A DNA stretch of 64,000 nucleotides from Ignavibacteriota bacterium (GCA_016707525.1 JADJHP010000003.1:76677-140676), one strand, 5' to 3'. Counted from the stretch's first letter, positions 51,967-61,658 are shown. Program-made: numbers and translations. Notes: generated from the sequence alone by a model not told the origin.

Positions 51967-54799
51967 ATGCGCATTCTCACGTTCTGCATTCTCACCGCCT
52001 TATTCGCCTTCCCGGCGAGGTCCCGATCGCATGAGATCCATGGATGCGTTCTTGCCATGGATTCACGCATCCCTGTCTCCGGCGCGATCATCACCCTTTC
52101 ACACGACACAGACACCGCCGTTGTTCATCGCACCTGGACCGATACCAGCGGCGTCTTCAGGTTCGCAGAGATCGATCCCGGCACGTATCTCCTGCAGGTC
52201 AACCATCTCGCCTACCATCACGCACGGCGGACCATCACGATCACGGCTTCCTCAGGACAGATCGAAGATGTCCTGTTGCGGCCACGCACGATCCCTATCG
52301 GTGAAGTCCTGGTCCACGCAACCCCTCCCGCCGTCCAGAAGGCCGACACAACGGAATATGTTGCCGACGCGTTCAAGCTCCATCGCGATGCGCAGGCGGA
52401 AGACCTCTTGATGAAGCTTCCCGGTGTCTCGGTGACGGAGGGCATCGTGCGTGCCGGGGGTGAAGAGGTGAAGCAGGTCCTGGTGGATGGCCGCCCGTTC
52501 TTCGGCACCGATCCGTTGATCGCTCTGCGCAACATCCCCGCCGACGCCATCGAGAAGGTGCAGGTCTTCGAGAAGATGAGCGAGCAGTCGGAGTTCACCG
52601 GGTTCGATGACGGCCAGTCGATGCGGACCATCAACATCATCACACGTGAAAGCCGGCGCCGGTCGCAATTCGGACGCGCATCCGCAGGCTATGGTGAGAG
52701 CGGCAGGTATGTCGCCACCGGCTCCGGCAATATTTTCAACGGCACCCAGCGGATCTCCCTGCTGGGGCAGAGCAACAACGCGAACCAGCAGAACTTCTCG
52801 GCACAGGACATCCTGGGCAGCCTGGGAGGCCCACCGGGTGGAGGTGGGCCGCGGGGAGGATTCGGTGAGGGGCGGCCACGCGGTGGACCGGGAGGCGGGC
52901 CGGGCGGCGGAGCCGGGGGTGCGCCTCCGCAGGGGGGGATGGGACGCCCGGGAGGGACCGTCGAACTCGCCAACAGCATGATCGGGATCCAGAGCGGCAT
53001 CTCGACGGTCCACTCGATCGGAACGAACTATACCGATATGTGGCAAAGCGGTGTGAACATCACAGGAAGCTACTTCTTCAACCGGTCGGACAACGAGAAC
53101 GACCGATCAACGCATCGCGACTACACCATCGCCGGCGATACGCGGACCGCATACGAAGAGCGGTCGACGGGCTCCACCGGTAATGGCAACCACCGGTTCA
53201 GCATGCGGCTCGACGTTCCGATCGACTCCATGAACTCGTTGCTGTTCGTTCCCAACGTCAGCTATCAATCCACCGACGGCATCAGCGTCATGGATGGTGC
53301 CTCGCTCTTCGCGGGCGGATCGTCCAGCGTGGCATCGACCGACAGTTGGTCCAGCAGCACGGGGTACACCCTTTCGCAGAACGTGTTGTACCGTCACAAA
53401 TTCGACCTGCCGGGGCGCACCATCTCGGTGGACGCCACGCTTTCCGGGAACGCCCGCGACCGGGACGCGACGCTGGGGTCTTCGGTATCGACCGACGGCA
53501 ACCTGGCCGATCTCACGCGGCAACAACGATCGACGGAGATCTCGGGGCTGGGATACTCGGCGCGTGTGGCATACACAGAACCCATGACGGTGAACAGCCA
53601 GGCGCAGGTCGAAGTGCAATCCTCGCTCACGCGGTCCGCATCGGACACGCGGACGTACAACGAGGATAGCATTGGCGTGCGCACCCTCGATCAGGCATTG
53701 TCGAACAGCTACGACAACCTGTACTGGTCGCAGCGCGGAGGAGTGAGTTATCAGATCAGGACAACGTCAACACGGTTCACTGTCGGAGCGGCGCTGGAGA
53801 GGGCCACGCTGGAGGGTGAGCGGAGGTATCCGTCCGACGCGGAGTCCAGGTATACATTCTGGTCCGTGCTGCCAAGCGTGACACTGGATCACTCCCCTGC
53901 GCTCGGACATCACTTCCGGGTGAACTATCGCGGTTCGACACAGGCACCGTCGATCACCCAGTTGCAGGATGTCGTGGACAACAGCAACCCGCTCTTCCTG
54001 AGCGGCGGCAATCCGTCCCTCCGGCAAACGTACACCCATTCGCTCACCGCGCGGTTGCTCGAGACCGAAGCGGACCGCGCGACAAGCAGGATGTTCATGG
54101 TGATGGTGTCGGCGGCCAATGACTACGTCGCGAACCACATCCGGACGCTTCATGCGCGACACGATCCTTGCCGGTGGTGTTGGAGCGACCGCCGGGAGTC
54201 AGATCACGACACCGGTGAACATGTCGGGTTACTGGAGCGTTCGCGGGAATGCGGACTTCGGATTCCCTCTCGAAGACATCTCCAGCAACCTCAATTTGAG
54301 CACCAATGCCTCCGTGAGCCATTCCCCCGGCATGTTGAATGACTTGGTGTATGCCACGACGGGTTGGTCCTTCGGAGGGGGCCTCGCGGTGGGAACGAAC
54401 GTGGGCCGTGAAGTGGATGGGCATCTGACGTACAACGCAACGTACACGACGAGCAGGAACACGCTCACGCAGAATTCGCAGGCGTCATACCTCACCCAGA
54501 CAGCGAGTCTGCGATCCACGCTCACATTCTGGGACATCGTGGTGGTACGCAATCAAGCGTCCTATATGCTGCGGACGGGATTGGCCGGCGGACAGGACCA
54601 GGACAGTTTTCTGTGGACGGCGACGGTGGGGATGAAATTCCTGGCCGAGAGCCGGGGGGAGGTGCGGTTGACGATGTACGACATCCTGGATCAGAACAAG
54701 AGCATCGGGAGGACGGTAACGGAATCCTACATTGAGGACACCACGAACCGTGTTCTCCCGCGGTATCTCATGCTCACGGTCGAGTACATGTGGCGGTAG
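51967..54799 (+). pseudogene. TonB-dependent-receptor-like outer membrane beta-barrel (CarboxypepD_reg + plug + OMP_b-brl_3-like), split by a frameshift near 54140..54155
   Basis: The 791-aa ORF has a signal peptide, a carboxypeptidase-regulatory-like domain, a plug-like segment, a Gly/Pro-rich insert and beta-strand repeats. Its last ~65 aa are Arg/Cys-rich junk, while ORF 54119..54799 continues barrel-like and ends in an aromatic-rich terminal strand (LMLTVEYMWR). Confidence 0.7.
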
Positions 54800-54892
54800 G
54801 AAGAAGCATCCCGCCACGAGCAGCATAGCGGGATGCGCACCACAACCGTGAGGCTGCCTGCAATTTGTCTGGCAGCATCTATTCATGTGGCA

Positions 54893-56272
54893 TTACAGGA
54901 GCGTCCCCGCCAGGATGAAGGAAGCGACGCTGAAGTAGATCACCAGTCCTGTCACGTCAACAAGCGTTGCCACGAACGGTGCCGATGAAGCCGCGGGATC
55001 TGCACCGAGTGCCCTGAGGAGGAACGGCAGCATCGATCCGGACAAGGTACCCCACATCACCACCCCCACCAGACTTCCCGAGACGGTCAGCCCCACCAGC
55101 AGCCAGTGTTCGCCGTAGATCGGCGAGAATGCCGACCAGACTGCAATGCGAAGGAATCCGATTGATCCGAGGATGAGGCCAAGGATGAGTCCGGAGAGAA
55201 GCTCGCGTCTCATGACACGCCACCAGTCCGCCAGCCTGATCTCTTCGAGTGCCATCGCACGGATGATCAGGGTCGCGGCCTGCGACCCGGAATTGCCCCC
55301 GCTGGAGATGATCAGGGGGACGAACAACGCGAGGACGACGGCGCGGGCGATCTCGTTCTCGAAGTAGCCCATGGCCGTTGCCGTGAGCATCTCCCCTAGG
55401 AAGAGAACCACCAGCCATCCGGCACGCTTCCACACGAGCGTGAGGAGTGGTGTTGCGGCATACGGGGTCTCGACCGCTTCCAGACCGCCGAATTTGTGAA
55501 TGTCTTCGGTGTGCTCTTCCTGCGCAACGGCCAGGGCATCGTCGACGGTCACGATGCCGATCAGGACGCCTTCTTTATCGACCACCGGAAGTGCGGTCCG
55601 CCCGTAGCGCTGGAACATCTGAATGGACGCTTCCCTGTCTTCCGTGACGTTCAGGGAGACGACGATCCCGTCGGCGATCGATCCGATGGACACCTCGGGG
55701 GGAGCGAGGAGGAGTTCGCGGAGCCGTACGTCATCCAGAAGGACTCCCTTGGTGTTGACGATATAGATGACATCGAACGTCTCGCTGTCGCGTCCGTGTT
55801 TCCGGAGGTTCTCCATGACCGCCGCAATGGTCGTTTCAGGCCGGACGGCAAGGTACTCGGGCGTCATGAGGCGCCCGATGCTGTTCTCGGGATATCCCAG
55901 CAGGGCCTGAGCAACGCGCCGTTCGTCGGGAGAGAGAGATCCGATCAGGTCACGTGCGATCGTACCGGGAAGGTCCTCGAGCAGTGCGGTACGGTCGTCG
56001 GGGTGCATCTCGTCCAGCAGCGAGACCACCTCGGCCTTGCCGAGTTCGGCGAGCAGTTCCCGCTGGGCGGTGCCGTCCAGGTATTCGAACGTCTCCAGGG
56101 CGATCTGTTTCGGGAGGAGGCGGAACAGGACGGCGCGGTCGGTCGGTTTGATATCCTCGATCACCTCGGCGATATCGGGGACGAGCATCTCTTTGAAGAC
56201 GGCCTGCAGGCCGCTGAAGTCGCGCGAAGCGATGAATGCTTCGAGTTCCGGTTGGATGATCTTGCCGATCAT
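54893..56272 (-). CDS. mgtE: Magnesium transporter MgtE
   Basis: ORF 54893..56467 trimmed to the ATG at 56272 (MIGKIIQPELEAFI...). MgtE N-domain, two CBS domains, and a C-terminal TM domain with GNSGSQ and the DVTGL region. Confidence 0.9.
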   Translation of the reverse strand: MIGKIIQPELEAFIASRDFSGLQAVFKEMLVPDIAEVIEDIKPTDRAVLFRLLPKQIALETFEYLDGTAQRELLAELGKAEVVSLLDEMHPDDRTALLEDLPGTIARDLIGSLSPDERRVAQALLGYPENSIGRLMTPEYLAVRPETTIAAVMENLRKHGRDSETFDVIYIVNTKGVLLDDVRLRELLLAPPEVSIGSIADGIVVSLNVTEDREASIQMFQRYGRTALPVVDKEGVLIGIVTVDDALAVAQEEHTEDIHKFGGLEAVETPYAATPLLTLVWKRAGWLVVLFLGEMLTATAMGYFENEIARAVVLALFVPLIISSGGNSGSQAATLIIRAMALEEIRLADWWRVMRRELLSGLILGLILGSIGFLRIAVWSAFSPIYGEHWLLVGLTVSGSLVGVVMWGTLSGSMLPFLLRALGADPAASSAPFVATLVDVTGLVIYFSVASFILAGTLL

Positions 56273-56460
56273 GGGGTGTTCTCTACGATGGTTCGTTCGC
56301 TGAGCGAAGACAGGTAAAAAGCGATTATCAGCACCGTGACGGCGATTCCGGGCATGGACGATCAATGGACAAGGGTGGAGACGGTACGGACCTTCTGAGG
56401 ACTGGAGGTGGTTGGCCCAAGATACCATCATAAGGTCGGAGAGTGGCGAGGAAAAAGCAA

Positions 56461-56489
56461 TTGACATTTTCCCCGAGAAGCATTATCTT
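56461..56489 (+). promoter_or_regulatory. Candidate sigma-70-type promoter upstream of tRNA-Asn (TTGACA-17 nt-TATCTT)
   Basis: TTGACA at 56461..56466, a 17-nt spacer and TATCTT at 56484..56489, about 70 nt upstream of the tRNA. Confidence 0.3.
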
Positions 56490-56557
56490 GAAAATATCCT
56501 CCGGGTTGGACAATGAGCGGTACATCGCGGTGGTTCAGCGAAGAGGATGAGGTAGAT

Positions 56558-56629
56558 TCCGCGATAGCTCAATGGTAGAGCATGCGGCTGTTAACCGCAG
56601 GGTTGCAGGTTCGAGTCCTGCTCGCGGAG
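56558..56629 (+). tRNA. tRNA-Asn (anticodon GTT)
   Basis: Hand-folded cloverleaf. Acceptor TCCGCGA/TCGCGGA, D arm GCTC-AATGGTA-GAGC, anticodon arm TGCGG-CTGTTAA-CCGCA, T arm GCAGG-TTCGAGT-CCTGC, discriminator G. No encoded CCA. Confidence 0.93.
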
Positions 56630-56634
56630 CACAA

Positions 56635-56672
56635 GAAAGCCCCGGAAGAAATTCCGGGGCTTTCTGCGTTTT
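56635..56672 (+). terminator. Intrinsic terminator after tRNA-Asn
   Basis: GAAAGCCCCGGAA-GAAA-TTCCGGGGCTTTC (13-bp stem) followed by TGCGTTTT. Confidence 0.8.
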
Positions 56673-56722
56673 GGAACACGCCCTACGCTATGCAATCGTG
56701 GCATCCCTGATGGCGATCACCA

Positions 56723-59413
56723 CTACCGGAGAACCAAAAGCCTCCCGGGTCTCCGTGAAGTTGCCCCCTGCAGTCTATAGAAATAGACCCCGCTTGAAAA
56801 TCCTCCCGCATCGAATTGCACGCTATGATCCCCCGCATCCTGTTCTCCATCCTGCAGAACGGCGACCTGCTGGCCGAGAACGTTGAACACCGTGAGCTTC
56901 ACGCGCATGCGTGCAGGCAAGGCGAACCGGATGGTAGTTGTCGGATTGAAAGGATTGGGAAAGTTCTGCGCAAGCATGAATCCTCCAACAGGATCGGCAC
57001 GCCTCTCCCGGACGGCAGTAACCGACGACCCGGGACTTTTCAGCAGCGTTCCCGCATTGCCGGCGATGAGCTGGGTCTGCCCGTTCACAACCGCGATGGT
57101 ATGCAGATCCTGCGTCGTCCCGCTCACCATGTACCCCCACGTCGCTCCTCCATCGGTCGTCCTGAGGATCGTGCCCCGGGCTCCCGCCACCCAACCGGAA
57201 TCGCGGCCGGAGAATGCAACGGCATTCAGGGATGATCGCGTTGGGACCCCCTGTTGCAGGATCCAGACTTCGCCACCATTCGTTGTCCGGTAGATACGGC
57301 CGAAGTCCCCCACGAGGTATCCTGTCAGCGAGTCTGCGAATGTCATGCTCTGCATGGTGAGCGTATCGGTAAAGGTCCAGACCGTCCAGGTGGCACCGCT
57401 GTCCTGTGTCGCCGCCAGAGTGCCATGGTCCCCCATCGCCCATCCTCGCGATGGATCAGCGAAGTATACACCCCGGAGAGTCCTGGTGGTCGACAACGGT
57501 ACGAGCGTCCAATGTATGCCGCCATTCGTGGTCGTGTAGAGCACACCTCCCGTTCCCACAACCCATCCACGGGTGGCCGAGAGCATCTGGATCGCGCACA
57601 GGCGGCCACCCTCAGGCACGCTGACAAGCGACGGCTCCCAGGAAACACCGCCGTCTGATGTGCGGTTTATCGCCGCAGAGTCGATGACCCAGCAACGGAG
57701 TGGATCCACCGCACTCACTCCATATGACGGTTTGTTTGATTGAGAAGATACGGCCGCCCAGGTGAGTCCGGCATCCGTTGATCGAAGGAGCCCCGACTCT
57801 CCCGCCAGCCACCCTGACGCAGGGCTCGTGAAAGTGACCGCATTGATCGCCCCGGGCGTTGGTGAAGCAACACGCTCCCACGCAGGAGGGGCGGGCTTCA
57901 TGTTCACCGTGAATGTGATGCTGTCTCCCGGGAAACCGATCTCCGAGAGATCCAGATTCCCCATCAGCCCTGATGCGAGGATGCACGCCGGATTCGTCAT
58001 CCCGCTGATCGCCGTGCGTGCTGGCCTGCAGAATGCAGCGGAATCCAGCGTGCCGTTCAGTTGGAAACCAAGGTAGGGATTGCCGCCCGGTCGATAGGGA
58101 TACACTTCATCGGGAGGGCCATCCGCATTTCCGCGAAGGAGACTATCGATCCGGTATACCAGCAACCCTTCGCCCGGAAGAATGCTCTCAAAGATGGAAG
58201 TCCGCTTCCGATACTCAAGGATGAAGCACTCGCCTTCCACAGGAGAATCGATCCTGTAGCAGTTGTTCGAGGGTGAAGTCAAGGGCCGAAGAGAATAGCG
58301 CCCCGATGTTGTGATCCGCGGGATCGTGTCGATCCATCCCAGGTATTTGTACCGGAGCCATGCCCCGGTGTGTTGAGGGATCTCCCGGGTATCCGCCATG
58401 AGATCCCAACGACCGACTGGAACAACGTTATCCGATGTGGTGTACCGATACGTGTCAGGCGCACCAAGCGAATGTAACATTTCATGGACGAACACGGCAA
58501 CGGTGGCACGCGACTGCATCTGGACATTGAACAAGTTCACCTTCTTCGTCCCGATCATCGGGCCCATATCCCGCATCGACGACATATGAGGCCAGAGGAA
58601 GGTACCCCGTGCAACAGGATCACCCTGTATGATGAAGCACACGTTGTCGACATACCCGTCCCCATCGCCGTCGAGCACAAGGCCGTTGGGGATCTGGCCA
58701 GCGATAGCGCTGATCGCCCGGTCAGTGAGTTCCCGTTCGCGGATGTACCGTTGCGAGGGTGGATAGCCGATGGTGTCGCTTGCGCTGTACGGATAGTAGT
58801 ACGCGCGGGGCCGGACATCCAGATACGAGAGGACCGTGGATCCCGGCTGTGTCGGGAAGAACGATGTCATCACCTCAAGCCGGCCGAACGATATCTCCCG
58901 GATGTAGTTGTACACCGAGCTCACTCCAGGAGTGGCCTCATTGAATTTGGCGACATACTGCGCGAAGCTATCCCCGAATGCGTCATCATCACTGAAGCGT
59001 ACGAAGATGACCAGGTTGGACATCACGCCGGTCCTCGGCGTGGCCGCGTGCACTGGCGGTGCATACTCCGGCGTCAGGGCACGGATCGCCTCTTCCGCCT
59101 GGAGGGAAATGTTCGCGTGCGGAAGCAGCCCTGCGCCGGCGGGATCATCTCGGCCGGGGAGTTCGGCTGTCGGGACAAGCAACTCTCCCCTCCGCTCGGC
59201 GTACACGTAGAACCCACTCGTCCGGTCCTGGATGATGGTGAACCCGTTGCGGTCGTGGAGCCAGTTATGATACTCGTCGCCTGTCGCAAAGCATTGCAGC
59301 GTACTGCCGTCCGGTTGCCGGACGGTGACCGGAACATCGTGCAGGTACGCCGTGTGTGAGATGAACGGAAGGAGAAAGAGGCACGTGATAAGAATGGCAA
59401 TGCGCATGTGCAC
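56723..59413 (-). CDS. Secreted M6-like metalloprotease fused to a BNR/Ycf48-like beta-propeller, with a T9SS C-terminal sorting domain
   Basis: 896 aa. Signal peptide, M6-type N-terminal region with HEMLHSLGAPD (HExxH), repeated G..(L/Y)(R/T)T.DGG.(T/S)W propeller blades, and a C-terminal FPNPFNPTTTIRF...GVYFYRL sorting-domain pattern. Confidence 0.85.
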   Translation of the reverse strand: MHMRIAILITCLFLLPFISHTAYLHDVPVTVRQPDGSTLQCFATGDEYHNWLHDRNGFTIIQDRTSGFYVYAERRGELLVPTAELPGRDDPAGAGLLPHANISLQAEEAIRALTPEYAPPVHAATPRTGVMSNLVIFVRFSDDDAFGDSFAQYVAKFNEATPGVSSVYNYIREISFGRLEVMTSFFPTQPGSTVLSYLDVRPRAYYYPYSASDTIGYPPSQRYIRERELTDRAISAIAGQIPNGLVLDGDGDGYVDNVCFIIQGDPVARGTFLWPHMSSMRDMGPMIGTKKVNLFNVQMQSRATVAVFVHEMLHSLGAPDTYRYTTSDNVVPVGRWDLMADTREIPQHTGAWLRYKYLGWIDTIPRITTSGRYSLRPLTSPSNNCYRIDSPVEGECFILEYRKRTSIFESILPGEGLLVYRIDSLLRGNADGPPDEVYPYRPGGNPYLGFQLNGTLDSAAFCRPARTAISGMTNPACILASGLMGNLDLSEIGFPGDSITFTVNMKPAPPAWERVASPTPGAINAVTFTSPASGWLAGESGLLRSTDAGLTWAAVSSQSNKPSYGVSAVDPLRCWVIDSAAINRTSDGGVSWEPSLVSVPEGGRLCAIQMLSATRGWVVGTGGVLYTTTNGGIHWTLVPLSTTRTLRGVYFADPSRGWAMGDHGTLAATQDSGATWTVWTFTDTLTMQSMTFADSLTGYLVGDFGRIYRTTNGGEVWILQQGVPTRSSLNAVAFSGRDSGWVAGARGTILRTTDGGATWGYMVSGTTQDLHTIAVVNGQTQLIAGNAGTLLKSPGSSVTAVRERRADPVGGFMLAQNFPNPFNPTTTIRFALPARMRVKLTVFNVLGQQVAVLQDGEQDAGDHSVQFDAGGFSSGVYFYRLQGATSRRPGRLLVLR

Positions 59414-59856
59414 CCCCAGCGTGAAGCGGTCTGAAATCTGGAATCACGGGAGGAAAGGGATCAGGACGGGATTGATACGAATCCCCCACTCCGATCAATC
59501 AACATCATTAGGTGGGGGCATCTGCTCCTCTCTCCCTTTCCGGTGAGGTGTCGAATTGTCCGACATGGCATTGCTGATCGGTCAAGGGCCATATCGTTCC
59601 CCGGTGATGCCATTCAATAATACGGCTCGGCAGCGAGGTTGTCAAATCCGATGTGAACCACGAATGATCACCGCGAACGAACTTTCCGTCACTTCATGTC
59701 CCGTCTGGGAGTCGATGTTGCTCATCATACGATCCATTCATTCAGCAGAAGATATGTACCATCCGTGATAGGAGACCCCGCCTTGCCTGCCATCAAGCAG
59801 CTTGGGCGATGATCCAAGAAGAAGAGGTAGATGTGGACCCGGCTACCCAGCCTTTT

Positions 59857-60162
59857 TCACATACCCTTCAGCACTCTGCTTACCCAGACCCTGATCACTC
59901 CCAAATGCTGGGCCAGATCCGTTTGCGTCGTGAATGGTCCGTCGTCAAGCATTCGGCGGTACAGTCGTTGTAGCGCCACATAGTCGATTCGTGATCTGGT
60001 GATCCTCTCCGTAACGAATGGGAGTATCAGACCGCACTCACGCAAGTGCATGATTCCGCCCGCCGATATCTCCCGCGACGAATGGAGAGTCGCTTCAGTG
60101 ATCGAAAAGACCTTCTCACCATGTGCGGAATTGCGGATTTCAAGGGGAATCCGGACCAACAA
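59857..60162 (-). CDS. Possible small HTH DNA-binding protein (uncertain gene)
   Basis: 101-aa ORF (or 64 aa from the internal Met). The C-terminal TQTDLAQHLGVIRVWVSRVLKG looks like a helix-turn-helix. It lies in the lower-GC region with no other support. Confidence 0.3.
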   Translation of the reverse strand: MLVRIPLEIRNSAHGEKVFSITEATLHSSREISAGGIMHLRECGLILPFVTERITRSRIDYVALQRLYRRMLDDGPFTTQTDLAQHLGVIRVWVSRVLKGM

Positions 60163-60193
60163 AAGTTTGAGTTATGGTGTCTTTCGCGGAGCA

Positions 60194-60229
60194 AGGGGTC
60201 CCCTCAGACGGGACCCCTTTTTCTTTTTT
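60194..60229 (+). terminator. Strong plus-strand intrinsic terminator with no obvious upstream gene
   Basis: AGGGGTCCC-CTCAGAC-GGGACCCCT followed by TTTTTCTTTTTT. The U-tract exists only on the plus strand. Confidence 0.6.
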
Positions 60230-60387
60230 GTCCAGTGTTGCAGGCTGAGTCCCGATGCCCTTCATCGGGACGAAATCCCTCCGTTCGTTAGCGGGATGCG
60301 AGTTGAGCCCCTCAATTTTGCACATAGTCTCCCCCGTTGCATTAGCAGGATCCTGCTCGCTGGCCCCCCCGATTGTACTGGAGTAAG

Positions 60388-60431
60388 TCCACATATTTAG
60401 TTAAATTTGTGGAGTCATCATCCACATATTT
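60388..60431. promoter_or_regulatory. Three copies of an 11-nt motif TCCACA(T/A)ATTT (one inverted) just upstream of the ATPase gene; operator-like
   Basis: TCCACATATTT at 60388..60398, its near-complement AAATTTGTGGA at 60403..60413, and TCCACATATTT at 60421..60431. The GTG start is at 60444. Confidence 0.45.
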
Positions 60432-60443
60432 GGGGCCCGCATT

Positions 60444-61658
60444 GTGATCGAAAGAGCACTTCATATTGAACGGCTTCTGAAACCCAGGAAGGTCCTGATC
60501 ATGTACGGGGCCCGTAGGGTTGGCAAGACGACCCTCCTGAAAGACTTCCTGTCTCATTCGAAGCTCAAATACCGTATTGATTCCGGCGACAATATCAGGC
60601 TCCAGCATGTGTTCGAGTCGCAGGACTTTGAGGCATTGTCCGATTACGTCGAAGGGTATGAACTGATTGCGATTGATGAAGCGCAGCAAATCAGGAACAT
60701 CGGCATGGGCCTGAAGATCCTTGTGGACCAACACCCGTCTCTCAAGATCATCGTTACAGGTTCCTCTTCTTTCGACCTGTCACAATCGGTCGGTGAACCA
60801 TTGACGGGCCGCAAGAAAACGGTGGTCCTCTATCCGATGTCGTTGTTGGAACTCGGCGCCCTCTACAATAAGCAAGAACTCTCAGAGCAACTGGAAAACT
60901 TCTTGAGATTCGGGCTGTATCCTGAGATCATCACGACGAAAAGCAAGAAGGGAAAGATGGAAATCCTGCGGGAACTTGTCGATTCCTACCTCTTGAAGGA
61001 CATTCTCAGCCTCGAAAAGATCAAGGGTTCGCGCCAGCTTCTGGATCTCCTCAAGCTTCTTGCATTCCAGATCGGCAATGAGGTGTCTTTCACTGAGTTG
61101 GCCACACAGGTCCGGCTGGATGTGAAGACCGTAGCACGCTACCTCGATATCCTGGAAAAAGGATTCGTGATCCAGCGCATCGGTGCATTGAGCCGGAATC
61201 CGCGCAAGGAGGTGACCAGCAAAGCGAAGTACTATTTCTTCGATGTCGGCATCCGGAACGCCATCATTTCGCAGTTCAATGAGATCGGAGATCGGAACGA
61301 TACAGGAAATCTCTTCGAGAACTTCATCGTCATGGAGCGCCAGAAAACGAATGCCTACAAGCAGAGGATCTCTCAGACATATTTCTGGCGAACCTACGAC
61401 GGACAGGAAGTCGATGTTATTGAGGAACAGAATGGCAGGATCCACGGCTATGAGGTGAAGTCGTCTCCGGGAAAGAAATCCAGAACACCCTCATCGTGGA
61501 AAACAACATATCCGGATGCCCTTCTGACGCTGATCAACAGAGAGAACTATCTCCCGTTCATTCTGGATGAAAAGCGTAGAGAGAAGCAATTGCGCGAGGA
61601 CATACCGCAGATCCGGGGAAATGAACGCGTAGAAGTTCCGGTCTATTGCCCCCCGTGA
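60444..61658 (+). CDS. AAA+ ATPase with C-terminal DUF4143-like domain (COG1373-type)
   Basis: 404 aa, GTG start. Walker A GARRVGKTT, Walker B IAIDEAQ, and a typical C-terminal ...YFWRT..G.EVD... block. Visibly lower G+C than its neighbours. Confidence 0.8.
   Translation: MIERALHIERLLKPRKVLIMYGARRVGKTTLLKDFLSHSKLKYRIDSGDNIRLQHVFESQDFEALSDYVEGYELIAIDEAQQIRNIGMGLKILVDQHPSLKIIVTGSSSFDLSQSVGEPLTGRKKTVVLYPMSLLELGALYNKQELSEQLENFLRFGLYPEIITTKSKKGKMEILRELVDSYLLKDILSLEKIKGSRQLLDLLKLLAFQIGNEVSFTELATQVRLDVKTVARYLDILEKGFVIQRIGALSRNPRKEVTSKAKYYFFDVGIRNAIISQFNEIGDRNDTGNLFENFIVMERQKTNAYKQRISQTYFWRTYDGQEVDVIEEQNGRIHGYEVKSSPGKKSRTPSSWKTTYPDALLTLINRENYLPFILDEKRREKQLREDIPQIRGNERVEVPVYCPP

Noticed and set aside
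54806-54880. Hairpins GCATCCCGC..GCGGGATGC and GCTGCC..GGCAGC between the convergent OMP and mgtE genes, considered as terminators.
   Set aside because: The stems are real, but the loops are long (12-13 nt) and no U-tract follows on either strand. This is too weak to annotate as intrinsic terminators.
56273-56467. N-terminal extensions suggested by the ORF track: mgtE from 56467, hemD from 8267, trpE from 34384, hemB from 3776 and the hydrolase from 1252.
   Set aside because: The extended parts are Arg/Ser-rich or overlap upstream genes or regulatory hairpins. Internal ATGs give canonical N-termini, sensible overlaps and, where visible, Shine-Dalgarno sequences.
56273-56557. Possible M-box (ykoK) Mg2+ riboswitch in the ~200-nt region upstream of mgtE.
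   Set aside because: Reading the minus strand, I could not find the conserved M-box elements I remember (GUUAGGUGAGGCU, AAUGGG, CAACAG, AGCUAAG). GGAGGTGG-like strings occur only on the wrong strand. It needs cmsearch with RF00380 to settle and is not claimed.
59999-60400. Plus-strand ORFs 59999..60400 (133 aa), 60046..60291 (81 aa) and 59556..59768 (70 aa) in the non-coding islet.
   Set aside because: The first two run straight through a strong intrinsic terminator. All three have implausible, Cys/Arg/Pro-rich sequences and no motifs.
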